Positions 13,676 to 27,286 are shown, numbered from the whole stretch's first letter. The stretch: 63,872 nt of DNA, filler included, from Octopus bimaculoides (GCF_001194135.2; 6 parts of 6 records of this genome joined end to end with filler, not necessarily neighbours in it), one strand, 5' to 3'. Made by a program: numbers and translations. The notes: generated by a model from the sequence alone, not told the origin.

Positions 13676-14233
13676 TTGTTTATTAAATGAAATCATATTG
13701 TGTAACTATATATACAAAATATACGTATTTGAACAGAGGTATTTCAGGATAGAATTTGTAATATCCAATATCATAAATTTGTGTATGCGTCTTCATGTTT
13801 ACACCTTTGTAAACATAAATACACTCTATATAACTGTACACCTACACGTATTACATACCATATGGGGTGGGGGTCTTTACCACCAACATATAACAACTTA
13901 CACAAAAGACACACACACACATATTCACAAACGCATACACTCACACACACGGAATCAACATACTTTGAAATCTTACTGATCTTGACCTCAAATTCCACAG
14001 CCGGCAGTCACTGTTTTACATCGTCAAATGCTCCACTACTTCGTCCGTCACTTTTGGAGCTTCTGTCGTGCTTTAAATTCTATAGATAATCGTTACCATT
14101 TGATCATAATGCCAAAAATATACGTCAATGCTGTTTTTGACTATTTCTTAAATATTCTTCTAAAGAATCACTTTCTATCATTAGTTACAACTTACTCCCA
14201 TGAATACAGGAAAACATGCAGACACGCCACCAC

Positions 14234-14480
14234 CAGCTCTACTCCCTTGAGAGAAGGCGTGAAAGATATGTACATGGAAGATCTAAACCCCAACTTTGGA
14301 ATTAAAACTATACCAGCCACCGAACTGGAGTAAACTACATAGTACCAAATATCTTGTTCTCTCTGTCTAGAATAAGGACCTATTGCTGTAACAGTTTGGG
14401 TTTGAAAGGACTACAACTATTCAACTTTCTACCGAACAGTCTCAGAGATTTGCGAAGTGTGGATGTGGAGTGTCAAAGCT
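14234..14480 (+). mobile_element. Degenerate CR1/L2-group LINE, 3' ORF2 fragment
   Basis: Frameshifted translation QLYSLERRRERY...WKI...PNFGIK...TG...IVP...RIRTYCCNSLGLKGLQLFNFLPNSLRDL fits the LxSLExRR...QLFNxLP post-RT region of CR1/L2-like LINEs. Confidence 0.65.
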
Positions 14481-16153
14481 TCTACCATACTGTGGGCTCT
14501 TATTTCTTTGTCCTCGGGGTTATGCTTTCGACGGATCTCATTATATATGTATATTTGTATGTATGTATGTTATCAATCAGTTTCATTTCTGTATTTCTTG
14601 TCAATAGAGAAAGAGCCGGACTCTAACACAGATTCAAGGCTCCTTCATTGGAACTTTTATCAATATCATCTAGGTATTTGTGCATAGGTGTGTGTGTGTG
14701 TGTGCAGTATTTCGTGTTAGTGTATGCGCAGATTTGTATGTTTGTTATATGGATGCGTTTTTATGCATATAGTTTCGTATGTATGTATGTATGTATGTAT
14801 GTATGTATATTTGTAGGTATGTAGGTGTGTTTGTATGTATGTGTGTATGTATGTATGTATATTTGTAGGTATGTATACAAACAGTTTGACAAAGTGCCGC
14901 ATCGATTTGAAAGTCGGAAGGCATAAATTAGTATTGATAAACACGTTGCCTTACATAAACAAATCTAATACATAGCATATCTTGTTAAAAAAATAAAATT
15001 TAATTTCTACGATAAGCTTTACTGCTTTTTCATTCATTTTAAATTTATATAGATACATATGTACAGCACATACATGCATAAATAGACATTTACGCATACT
15101 AACTAGCACACACACGAACAGACGCTCACACACACATGTATATAATATCCGTATATAATATATATGTATATATATTCTTTTATTTTACGTTTATGAATTT
15201 GTGTTGCAGGATACCTTATTGGGAGAGATAATGCTTAATATATATCTACAACAGAAAAGAATTATTCCTCTGAGCACTTGTCAGGGACATATCTCTTAGG
15301 AAATTGATCCGGAACCATGCATTTTAAATAAACTTTAGACTCAATATATTTCTTTACAACGCATGTTTTTCATGGAGCTTCATTTCTATCTATAATTGAT
15401 TTCTACTTTTTAGGACGTTTCCGTTGCTAATCATAATAATCGTCATGTTACTAACTAATGTCTCCGGTCGGTTAATTACTTCATTGGAGAGTTTTCAAGC
15501 ACTTTTTTCCGATATCAATGACAACGAAATATTTCTTGGCATTCGGTTGTCAGCACATAAGAGCTACTGACAAAGCGCAGCAATATGAGAAATGCGCATC
15601 TAGCATTCCCTCCATCGCTACTGGACAATTTTCGACTACGACATGTATATTGTTGTGTCATTTAACTTATAGCTCAAACATATTCCACAAGACAGACACT
15701 CACACGTACACCTTCACAAATGCATATACTCACACGTACACATAATCACAAACTTTTCAAAACTTACTGACCTTGACCTCAAATTCCTTAAAAGATATTA
15801 CCTCCGGGCCAGCACCCCGTTAATTTGGCTTTCCCGGATGTATTTCATTAAATATAGCACGTTTCGAATTTAATCTAATACTGCATCTGTTCCACGTATC
15901 GAAGCAATAATCATGTGCTTCTTGATGTTTTAAACTACGCCTGGTAAGGTACTTCATAGTCGAGTTATAGGTTTTCAGATGCTACCATTTTCGGAATATT
16001 TTGTCGTGGGTTAATCAATATATTGGATATACTTTCATTATTGAAGTCGAACCCATAATTCCATAGTTTGGTACAAACACACTCGCGCACACACAAACAT
16101 ACACACAAATACATATATAAATATATATAGGTAGGTATGTATGCATATGTATA

Positions 16154-16189
<36 letters not shown>

Positions 16190-17233
16190 NNNNNNNNNNN
16201 NNNNNNNNNNNNNNNNNNNNNNNNNNNNNNNNNNNNNNNNNNNNNNNNNNNNNNNNNNNNNNNNNNNNNNNNNNNNNNNNNNNNNNNNNNNNNNNNNNNN
16301 NNNNNNNNNNNNNNNNNNNNNNNNNNNNNNNNNNNNNNNNNNNNNNNNNNNNNNNNNNNNNNNNNNNNNNNNNNNNNNNNNNNNNNNNNNNNNNNNNNNN
16401 NNNNNNNNNNNNNNNNNNNNNNNNNNNNNNNNNNNNNNNNNNNNNNNNNNNNNNNNNNNNNNNNNNNNNNNNNNNNNNNNNNNNNNNNNNNNNNNNNNNN
16501 NNNNNNNNNNNNNNNNNNNNNNNNNNNNNNNNNNNNNNNNNNNNNNNNNNNNNNNNNNNNNNNNNNNNNNNNNNNNNNNNNNNNNNNNNNNNNNNNNNNN
16601 NNNNNNNNNNNNNNNNNNNNNNNNNNNNNNNNNNNNNNNNNNNNNNNNNNNNNNNNNNNNNNNNNNNNNNNNNNNNNNNNNNNNNNNNNNNNNNNNNNNN
16701 NNNNNNNNNNNNNNNNNNNNNNNNNNNNNNNNNNNNNNNNNNNNNNNNNNNNNNNNNNNNNNNNNNNNNNNNNNNNNNNNNNNNNNNNNNNNNNNNNNNN
16801 NNNNNNNNNNNNNNNNNNNNNNNNNNNNNNNNNNNNNNNNNNNNNNNNNNNNNNNNNNNNNNNNNNNNNNNNNNNNNNNNNNNNNNNNNNNNNNNNNNNN
16901 NNNNNNNNNNNNNNNNNNNNNNNNNNNNNNNNNNNNNNNNNNNNNNNNNNNNNNNNNNNNNNNNNNNNNNNNNNNNNNNNTATGAAGAGAGAAAGAAGGG
17001 GTAGAGAGAACGGGGGGGAGAGAGGAAGAATGGGAGATTGAGAGAGGGAAGAGAGAAATTGAAGCTTTTCGTGAATTGAATTATAAAAGTTGTGTAAAGT
17101 ACTTGCAATACCAACAAGTCCGGGATAATTAAATCAACAGATATCGACAACTTTATATAGTATTTTACTTTACACAAATAGACATTGGTGCGTGTGAGTA
17201 GCTACGTATACTCTCTGTCTATTTTGTTGTCAG

Positions 17234-17333
17234 TGCCGAATATTATGACGGTTGAGATTGTCGATCGACTGACCGAAATTTCGACTGTTTCTAAAATCAT
17301 ACATGTACTGCGTTGCGTACAAAGCGACGAAAA
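17234..17333 (+). CDS. Weak candidate exon (PNIMTVEIVDRLTEISTVSKIIHVLRCVQSDEK)
   Basis: Acceptor CTCTCTGTCTATTTTGTTGTCAG, donor AAA|GTAAAT, one open frame, locally CpG-rich. No homology recognised. Confidence 0.2.
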
Positions 17334-17865
17334 GTAAATTTATTTTATCATCTATACCTCTTTACATAGCGTGTGTTATATTACTTCGTTGTCGTCATTT
17401 CAATCTATTTAAAGTGATGACTCGGATGAATTGACACGGTCTGGATGCAATATATCAAAAGAAAATTGTAATTGTTGCTATTTGCGATAATTGGATCATA
17501 GAACTGAAACAAATGTTCCTTTCAATAAATTACATGGACGATAAAAATAAATAATTCGCTAAGATTAATTTCCTCGGCATGGCACATGAGTTCTCCGTTT
17601 CATTTTGCACAGCTGATAATAATGGAATCCTGACTTTTCATTAAATTTTGGTGACAGAGAAATTGCTATTTAAGAAAAGAGATCAGTTTGTTTCTTCCAT
17701 GACAGCTCTTTACGTATTTTCATGCATTTTATTCATAATCTAGATTTTCTCTTCTCTAGTGGATTTTACTTTTCTGCTAAATGAATTAACACTTTCAAAT
17801 TCTAATTTCTCAGTTATTATTATTTCTCGTATAAAATTTGAAAAGTTGAAAGAAAAACAATAATA

Positions 17866-18293
17866 GGCGCACAAGTGGCTGTGTGGTAAGAAACTTGCTT
17901 CCCAACCACATGGTTCCGGGTTTAGTCCCACTGCGCGGCACCTTGGGCAAGTGTCTTCTACTATAAGCTCGGACTGACAAAAGCCTTGTGAGTGGATTTG
18001 GTAGACGGAAACCGAAAGAACTCGTCGTATATACATATATATATGTGTGTGTGTATGCGTGTGTGTGCGTGTGTGTGTGTGTGTGTATGTATGTGTTTGT
18101 GTTTGTCCTCCCACCATAGCTTGACAATCGATGTTGGTGCGTTTACGTCCCCGTAACTTAGCGTTTCGGCACAAGATACCAATAGAATAAGTACTAGGCT
18201 TACAAAGAATAAGTCCTGTTGTCGATTTGTTCGACTAAAGGCCGTGCTCCAGCATGGCCGCTGTCAAATGAGTGAAACAAGTAAAAGAATAAA
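17866..18293 (+). mobile_element. SINE family A, full length, with an internal (TA)/(TG) microsatellite
   Basis: tRNA-like head GGCGCACAAGTGGCTGTGTGGTAAGAAACTTGCTTCCCAACCACATGGTTCCGGGTTTAGTCCC, central microsatellite, 3' half ending CCAGCATGGCCGCTGTCAAATGAGTGAAACAAGTAAAAGAATAAAG. Many homologous copies in the window. Confidence 0.9.
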
Positions 18294-20929
18294 GGAATAT
18301 AATGGTAACGATAATAATTGTTTCTATTCCCATTTTGGGGATTTTGTTCTTTCGTTGCATTTTTATGCTATTAAATTAAGTAACTAGAAAAGTCTCATTT
18401 ATTCTCTGCAGCTCTGTAGAAGCGCATATCTGCCTATCTCTCTGTATATATTACATTTCCTCTCTGTCCCGCTTCTCTATGAATTCCCCGAGTTGGGAGA
18501 ATAATAGACATATACGTATACAATTACCTAAGCGGCAATTTTCAAATTCGGTGATTATTGATTTACCTGACATATACATTATCTAACAAAACGTAACATG
18601 TTTATTCAAACAAACAAATGCCTGATCAATATTTAGTCATGACTTTGGAACCAAAATGTTTGATTCCTTTAATTGATATTTAAACTGGGCATGAAATAGA
18701 TTCTCCAAAATTCAATAATAATTCCTTGCAAAAGAAATTATTCTCTTTCTTGATAATTGAGATTTATTACTCTCGGTTAAACATTAATACACTTGAGTAG
18801 AAATTAACAAAAGCAATAGCACAAGAGTGAGAAAAGAAAAAAACGGATTTACTATTGTCAGAGTTCAAATTGTGGGAGAATTCGGTTTGCTTTTTTCTAC
18901 TATGTAAGATCAATAAACAGCCAACGGTTAATTGCATTTGCTTTCGCTGGTTTCAACTAAAGGCTGCGGCAATACTGGAGCAACCCCTTTAGTATGTTTG
19001 GTTTTTATTTCACATTCACTTCTTGGGTCTTTCTCTCGAATTGTTTCTGGTAAAGTAGCATGTTGGACAGAGCTGGTCTTCTTTGTTGAATTCGGTTTAA
19101 TCACTTCAATACAAAACGGTACGTGGATCCCGAGAAAGTTAATCGATATATTATTCTTACCCGTAAAGTATCGAGGTCATATTCTTTTTAAAGTTGTTAT
19201 ATTTATTTATGACCAGAAATTTGAATATAATTTTACACAAATCTTACATTAATATTTTTTCCTAATTAACAAATAAAAACGATAAAACTACTCAAGGAGT
19301 AGGCAGTAAAGTTAAAGCAAGGTTAACCATCTTATGTGACCTTCTTGGTACAAGAAAAACTAGTACCTCCCTCAACATTTTCATGATCTCTAAGACTGGT
19401 GTGGTAGGGGAGTTACGCTCAGACGGGAGATCTGGCCCGAATGATTGCCACAATAGTAGACTCGCAAAGTTCACCAAGAACCAACATTAAATTTACCTTC
19501 CAGTTTCATTCACAACGCTGTCAATCACAAGAGCGCTAATTTTTTTTTATGTAGGGAGTCGATAAAATACATGCGGGTGAAACAATATGATTCATTCAGT
19601 CTCCTTTGTCTCCCTTATTTGAGTAGTCGGCTAAAATCTTTTATTTACTTTGACAGAAATATTTGTTCAAATTGACAAGTACTGCACAGTTGGCACTAAA
19701 AGTATTGTTCTCATTCCATAGTCAGGAACTAATGGAAAACGTAAACGTACGCAAATTTCAATTCTTTGGAAACTACTTATCGGTACTGATTTTTTTGTCA
19801 GGTCACTCGACAATACAAAAGTGTAGAGGGTATGTTACAATCGTAAGTATTCTTGTGACCATCCAGTTGCTATATTTCTTTACTTCACTCATATACCCAT
19901 CTTACTTCATTTTTTTTTTTTTTAAATATACATTTCTTACAAATCGATATTTCTGTTATTCGCTCGCTTTTCTTTTACATAGTTTACTTCATTTAGCATG
20001 AATTTATTTATTCATTTATTTATTTATTGTAATGTAATACATGTCAATGCTTTATGTTAGTGTCAGCTATCGATGAAAGTGTGAAAGCAAGATAGAATCC
20101 TGCGTCAGTGACAAAACATGCAACATTATTATACACGTGCTGTTGCTTAATGGTGAGCTGACCTCATACATAATATGTAACAAATGTTATCACTAACAAA
20201 TGATATGTACGTGACATGGTATATAATACAGGGTTTAGGTTTCCTTTCCACATTTTAGGACAAACAAGAGAGAATGATGAAATATTTATTGATCAAATCC
20301 AAATTTGGTTTCAAGTAGACTGATTTGGAATGCTTCTGCCATGGATTTATGCGCATTAAATTGTATATGTATATATATATATATATATATNNNNNNNNNN
20401 NNNNNNNNNNNNNNNNNNNNNNNNNNNNNNNNNNNNNNNNNNNNNNNNNNNNNTATATATATACATATATATATATACCACTAGGTAGTCTCTATAATCC
20501 AACGCATTTGGGATTTGTGGCGGCAGGGTTCATCAGATGCATATAATTATATCGTCTGAATCAAGAGATTTATCGTTAAAATTCACGTGATGATCAAAGG
20601 GAATCTATGATTTTACATTCATAATCATCTGATGTTCCCATCTTAAAATTGTAAAAACGAATATTCTCACCTGCTAGCGAGTAAAGCACCGTGTATAATA
20701 ACAGGAACCTTCGCAAACGAAGTTATCTGACAAGCAACTGAAACCGAATGAGAAAGAAGATAAAGATAGTAAGAACGGCAGTAGCTGTATAGATAATAGC
20801 CTCGCCTGTTGCATTACACGTATATATCTCTATCTTTATACTCGCCCCCTCTCACTATTTGTGCATGTATATATACATGCTTATATACATATATATGTGT
20901 GTGTGTTTGAGCGTGTGTGTGTGTGCGTG

Positions 20930-21002
<73 letters not shown>

Positions 21003-21261
21003 ATGCATGCATTCTTTATACATATACATATATATATAAATACATATACATTCTTTATACATACACATACACACACACACATGCAAATCTCTCTATATAT
21101 ATAGTAGGATAAGAAATATAAAGGCCTAGTATAAAGTACAGTATTCTATATTTGAAAAAATGAATAGGAATGGCTATTTCTGATAACTTTGTTACTTCAA
21201 TAATTAGATGTCTATAAGTGTGGAAAAATTATCAGAGAAGCCATTTGTATGCGTTTATTCA

Positions 21262-21304
<43 letters not shown>

Positions 21305-21359
21305 AGAGAGAGAGAGAGATACATACATACATGCATACATGCATACATATATACATGAC

Positions 21360-21416
<57 letters not shown>

Positions 21417-21449
21417 CTATAATCTAATTATGCATATATACATTGTATA

Positions 21450-22600
21450 GTGAATGCTTGTGGCTTAGTAGTCAGGGCATTCGGCTCATGCTCGTAAGGT
21501 CGTGAGTTCGTTACTCAGCGACGCGTTGTGTCCTTGAGAAAGTCACTTTATTTCACCTTGCTCCAGTCTACTCAGCTGGTAGCCGTTTCATATTCTGAGT
21601 CACGTCGAATCCTCCTGAGAACTGTACATGGTCTGATCAATAAGTATTCGGACTGTTGCCATAGTATCGAAACTAAAGCACGCAAAGTGAAATCGCTCGG
21701 CAGACACAGATTGAACTTGGACTCTACAGTGCATGCGCACTAAGTTTTAACGTTCTAGCTCACTTTCGTTGTTTACCGCCGTGGTTGGAGTATGTTCGTC
21801 GCATTTACTATGACAGGGAAAGTTGAGCAGAGAATCTGCTTCAAGTTTTTTCAAAAGGTGTGCGATACCTACTCAGGGGCGTACGCAGAGTTTTCGAAAA
21901 GTTTTCAGCGTTCTCGACAGCATCAAGAAGATCTTGTGCAACTGAAACCCGTGTGTCCTTTTTGTCAGCTAAAATCAGTCTTGGCACAAATTTGGCAGAT
22001 ACGCGTCTCATACCCAAATCTTCAGTGATAATGGACTGAACTGAACCGTAACTAATTTACTCGTCCTCTGATGACTCACGGATGGTGATTCGGCAATTTC
22101 CCCTCACAGCTGCACGCACCTCTGCGACATTTTTTCTCAGTTCTGCTCGTTGCAGACCTCCCAGAATGTTCGCTATTATCGACATTTATTCGACCATCTT
22201 AGAAACGTCTGAACCACTCGTACACTTGTGTGCCGCTCATCCACTCCTCACTATACATTTTCAGCAACTTTGCGTGGGCCTCTGAGCAGGTATAGCCATG
22301 ACAATATTCCCTGTTATGGTCAATGCGATGATCACATGTTACACTCGTCACTTTCAAGCACTGCTGTAAACAGTAGAAGTGAGCTAGAACGTTAACACTT
22401 AGTACACATGCACAACGGAGGTCAAGGTCAATTTGTGGCAAGCGTCTCCAATCTGCTTGCTTTAATATTGTTACTATGGCAACTGTCTGGATAGTTATTG
22501 ATCAGACCTCATATTAAAAGTATACGTTAATTTCACGAGCAGGCTGTGCGGTTGATCGGATCAACTGGAACATTGACCGTTTTAATCGACGGAGAGCCAG
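21450..22600 (+). mobile_element. SINE (C-type 3' module) split by the mariner insertion at 21625-22513
   Basis: The 5' part 21450-21624 ends GTCACGTCGAATCCTCCTGAGAACTG. The 3' part 22514-22600 resumes TTAAAAGTATACGTTAATTTCACGAGCAGGCTGTGCGGTTGATCGGATCAACTGGAAC. Both are colinear with the copy at 58562-58850. Confidence 0.75.
21625..22513. mobile_element. Non-autonomous mariner built from two inverted 5' ends
   Basis: ~40-bp TIRs (TACATGGTCTGATCAATAAGTATTCGGACTGTTGCCATAGTA and TACTATGGCAACTGTCTGGATAGTTATTGATCAGACCTCATA) with TA at both ends. Plus strand MTGKVEQRICFKFFQKVCDTYSGAYA; minus strand TCSEAHAKLLKMYSEEWMSGTQVYEWFRRF*DGR...SGRSATSRT...GMRRVSAKFVPR...DLLDAVENAENFSK (mariner HTH and linker). 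Confidence 0.85.
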
Positions 22601-22861
22601 ATTTTTTGTTTGTTTTCGTTTTCTTTTATACACATATACGTATATATAAATGTTTGTGTGTGTCTGTGTGGTAGGTATAAAGTGTGCTCTGATGTCTGTA
22701 GATAATTAAAGTGCCCGCTTGTTGGTGAATTGAAAATATCGGTTTGTTAACGATGTTATCATAAAACAACCTACAATGAAGTTCACAAACACACAAACTG
22801 ACACACACTCAAACGCACACAAACATTCATATATAAAAACAATTTCACTTATGGATTCATT

Positions 22862-22912
<51 letters not shown>

Positions 22913-23401
22913 TGTGAAGGAGCAGTATATGAACATCGTATGTATACATATACATTGAGCTGGAAACGAAAAATGCTTTTCAGTAGTAACGCATTTTTAA
23001 GATAATCGCTATCCCAAATATTTTAAATATCACTAAATATTATCGAAATATATGCGTTTTGTTTTTTTAATGTTAATCCATACAAATTAGATAGCTTCAA
23101 ACAGTAATTACAATTTTAGCACACATATAGAAGCTTGTAATATACCTTTGAGGAAAAATCTCAAAGAATGTTCGGATGAATAGTATCGTATAAATCAACA
23201 AAAATTTCAGTAAGGGAACGCCTGAATCGAATAACTTTAATAAATATCTTCCACTAAAGTGTGTTTAATCTATAATCTATCAAATATGTCTCATATATAT
23301 AAATAAATAAATATATACACACACACACGCACTCACACATATATGTTCATACATACATAAATACATACGCATATATATTTGCATGTGTCTATATATACAC
23401 G

Positions 23402-23464
<63 letters not shown>

Positions 23465-24069
23465 ATGTATATATATATGTATGTATGTATGTATGCATGT
23501 ATGTATGTATATACTGTATAAAACATATTTCCCATTCACACACAAAGCGTTAATTGTATGAGCATTTTTAGGCAGTTAACATCCTATCTGCTTTGAATCA
23601 TTTTTTCCGATATATTGAATATGTTTCAAAGCTCATTAAAACCGTTCATTTATTTTATTGCCCATATTTCGAAGCCTTCTAAGACTATCTTAACCTTTTT
23701 TAATTCACTATTCAAATATCTGCCATGGAATTTACAGATTTGGGAAAATGCCAAGTAAGCAAGTTATCTCAATTTCAGTTAATGCTAAAGGGAGATTGCT
23801 TTCATTAAAAGAGAAGTACAAACAACTCAACAAATACTATTGTTGGATTCGTGAAATTAAATTGGCATAAAATGATCCTTATTGTATTTTACATCAGAAT
23901 GCTTTTAAATGCTATTGAGGAAAAAAAATACTTTCCCTTCATTAAATATTTGCAGAATAAAAAAAACAGAATTCTCATCCGGAAAAATACTGTAATTTTA
24001 GGTTTTCAAAATTAATGTTAATAATAATCCCTTATATAGACACAAGACATCAAATATTCCTGGGTGTAG

Positions 24070-24165
24070 ATCTTTCTTTTTACTCCATTATATCGGACCT
24101 AGTAATTATTTTATCGACCTCGAAGAATGAAAGAAAATGTGTTGACTTCGGCGGGATTAACTTTG
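24070..24165 (-). mobile_element. SINE family B fragment
   Basis: TTTATCGACCTCGAAGAATGAAAG...GACTTCGGCGGGATT is the reverse complement of the family B core. Confidence 0.6.
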
Positions 24166-24301
24166 CACTTCATCTAACAAAGATCTTTAAAATATCAGTC
24201 AAGCACTGAAGTTAATACCATCGACTAATTTCTTTTCTACTAAAATTGGTGCCCCTTGTTCCTATGTTACAAACAAATTTTATTATTATTATTATCACAA
24301 T

Positions 24302-25020
24302 AAGGCGGCGAGTTGGTAGAATCGTTAGCACGCCGGGCAAAATGCTTACCGGCATTTCGTCCATCCATACGTTCTGAGTTCAAATTCCTCCGAAGTTGAC
24401 TTTTCCTTTCATCCTTTCGAGGTCGATAGAATAAGTACCAGTGAAACACTGGGATCGATGTAATCGACTAGTCGCCGCCCACAAAATTTCGGGCCTTGTC
24501 CTTTCAGTAGAAAGGATTATTATTATTATTATTATTATTATTATCACTGAAGGCGACAAGCTTGCAGAATCGTTAGCATGCTGGAGGAAATGCTTAGCGG
24601 TATTTCGCCCGTCACGCCGAGGTCGACTTTGCTTTTCATCCAGCCATGGTTGATAAATTAATTACCAGTTGAACACTGGTGTCGATGTAATTGACTAATC
24701 TCCGCCCCCAAAATTGCTACCATAGAGGCGAGGCGAAATTTGAGACCATTATTATTCTTATCACTGTAGGTGGCGAGCTGGAAGAATCGTTAGTACGCTG
24801 GACGAAATGCTTTGCTGGATTTAATAAGTCATCCCGTTCTTAGTTTAAGTCTCACCGAGATCGACTTTGCCTTTTATCTTTTCGTGGTCGATAAATTGAG
24901 TACCAGTGAAACACTGGGGTCAGTGTAGTTGACTAAAGCCTCTCACTAAATTTCAGGTCTTGTGCTTTGAGTAGGAATGATTATTATTATTATCACTATT
25001 ATTATTACTATAATTATTGC
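24302..25020 (+). mobile_element. Three tandem short-tail SINE-B copies separated by (ATT)n
   Basis: Heads AAGGCGGCGAGTTGGTAGAATCGTTAGC (24302), AAGGCGACAAGCTTGCAGAATCGTTAGC (24550) and TAGGTGGCGAGCTGGAAGAATCGTTAG (24767). Each copy is followed by ATT repeats. Confidence 0.85.
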
Positions 25021-25464
25021 TGTTGTTGTTGTTATAACTACTATTACTACTGCTGCATTGCGTTTTTTTTCTTCATGATTTTGCAAGAGAAATATTTTGT
25101 TACTACATTTTGTTTGCTTTTTTTTTCTTTTTGTAGATAGCTATTTTAGCTTTTATTGCCCTATCTTTTCTTAAATGAAACCAAATAGTACTTTCTGGGG
25201 CTTTTTTGCTGTGTGAACATTCCGTCCCTTCGGGAGGGAATTTCTCATTAATTTTGTAGCGTTTACTTACCCATTCAAAATCAACTAACAATAAAGCCTA
25301 CTGTCAAATCTTTTGTGAAAATATCAGAAAGGTGACATCAGAGAATAGAAGAGCTGTTATAACGCTATCTTCCCACAATTAAAAGAAAGCACCTCCATCG
25401 ATACCACCAGAGCCGACCATAACACCCCGCAACAGGAGTAATAACAAAAATAACGATCAGAAAA

Positions 25465-26760
25465 GATGAACAAAACTAATGAAAGGAACAATGATAACAA
25501 CAGCGAAACGAATACAAGAGCGTCAGCAAAACTGAAAACGTAGAACAAATCACGCCCACGCATTCCATCTCCACGGTCACCGACACTATTAACACCAAAA
25601 CAAAAAATGAAGCGTTTGCGTATTCGTCGACGCCGTTCACCAGACAGCAGAAATTATGTTATCGTTGGGAGAATTTGAAAAGTATCAAAAACCAGATTTA
25701 GATCAAATTTTGCATTAAACGTACTGAAATCCATTCGGCAAATAATCAGCCTCAAGTCTTTTCCACATAATGTAGGAAAATCGAGGAAGAGATGAAGCAA
25801 CAAATACAAAAGTGCCTCAGACCCTTTGGAGCACCGAATCATTTGTCACCAGGATGCAAAAGTACAACTCTGTAGACGGAAGCACCCTACAAAGTTAGGC
25901 CAGGAGCCACTCCACAACAAATCCAAATGGTGCTGAACTAATCCTCATTCGAGCTTAACTTGTCCTTAAGGTAAAAGAAATAAAGATAGTCGACGCATTC
26001 CCGGTATAAATAACTACTGGTTGGAAGGGTCTATTCTCGTAGATAGAGAGGATAAACTATATTTCGCAGGTTCAGAAATTGTAGAATTAAAATTGATTGG
26101 GCCAAGGGATAGAGCTACTAATCCATATAGATTACCAATGCATGGCATTAATACCGGATCTAATGAATTTGCCAGCTTGCACAAAACCATGTAGCCATTA
26201 AGGGTACAAGGCTGTAGCGCCACTTGTGTGGTGAAGCAAACCATCTCAATATCAGCATCGATGACTGACTCGGTAGTTACAAAACTGAAAGAAGCAGTTA
26301 CAACAGTAACTATATTGGAAAGAGCAGCAAAAAGAACAACAGCATGCGTCGCCATCAAGTGCCAACATATCCCAGAAAAGAGCCAGAACAGCAACTGAAT
26401 ATCCTCAAAGCAACAACAACTACATTAATGTCAGAACAATACCTTCCCCAAGACATCCTCCCTGACTCACACCACTCAGATGTGTATACCGAATATGACG
26501 GTGAAGAACAAAAAATATGTCAGTCAAAAAATACTAGTAGATAGAACAAATATAGGAGATGTCTTTAAGTGGACACGTATCACTCGATCCAAAACGAATG
26601 TTTGCTTCTTTATAGCAGTATTTTTCTCAATAATCGCGACGAGTGAGAGGCAGAATTGCAGGATGGATTTAAGTGTCTACCTTGAATCTCAACAAGAGAG
26701 GTGGAATGTAGCGAAAAACTGATAATATACGGAGATATACAGAAAGCGACGATGGTTGTT
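25465..26760 (+). mobile_element. Probable highly degenerate L1/Tx1-like LINE (ORF1 and start of the endonuclease)
   Basis: A-rich sense strand with broken frames (KIEEEMKQQIQKCLRPFGAP, ILVDREDKLYFAG followed by a possible eroded zinc knuckle). Near 26650, a GRIxRMDLSV-like stretch recalls the EGRLVVLDV motif at 44900. Inference only. Confidence 0.35.
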
Positions 26761-27286
26761 CGACGAGCAAATTGTTTAGTTTGGATGGTCTACCCTACAA
26801 GCATTAATAACTAATAATGTAAAACTATCTGAAGATATTATTGCATGCTAGACCAGCTTGGATTACTGCTTTCCGCACTGACTTCTGCTCTGTGTTTGAG
26901 TGAATGGCTACATAATGGTGTCATATAGTATCATTCACTCAGTCTCATCTCTGTATAGCTCATCTCTGTAACAGAGCTACTGTCTTGGATCAAGCATAGA
27001 CTGAGGTGTGGTGCCTGGTACGAAGAACATTCCAGGCATTCACAGCTGTTTGAGTAGTGCGATCGTTGAAAGTTCTAATTTCGCGTTCTACAGGGGATAT
27101 ACTCTCGGGAAATTCATGATATTATTCTCAGTTTCTTTGACGTCCTATTTACTAGCACATTGTATGGCAAAATCTACGTCTTAAACTTCTTTTTTCTCTC
27201 TCTCATGCTCTCTCTCTTTATGCATATATATATATATATATANNNNNNNNNNNNNNNNNNNNNNNNNNNNNNNNNNNNNNNNNNNN

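Noticed and set aside
18932-19252. 106-aa plus ORF and an overlapping open minus frame (IEVIKPNSTKK...)
   Set aside because: Both run through a SINE-A tail remnant (about 18940-18995), with no convincing splice pair or recognisable motif.
26014-26394. 126-aa minus-strand ORF
   Set aside because: No recognisable domain. It is probably the antisense shadow of the degenerate LINE-like region.
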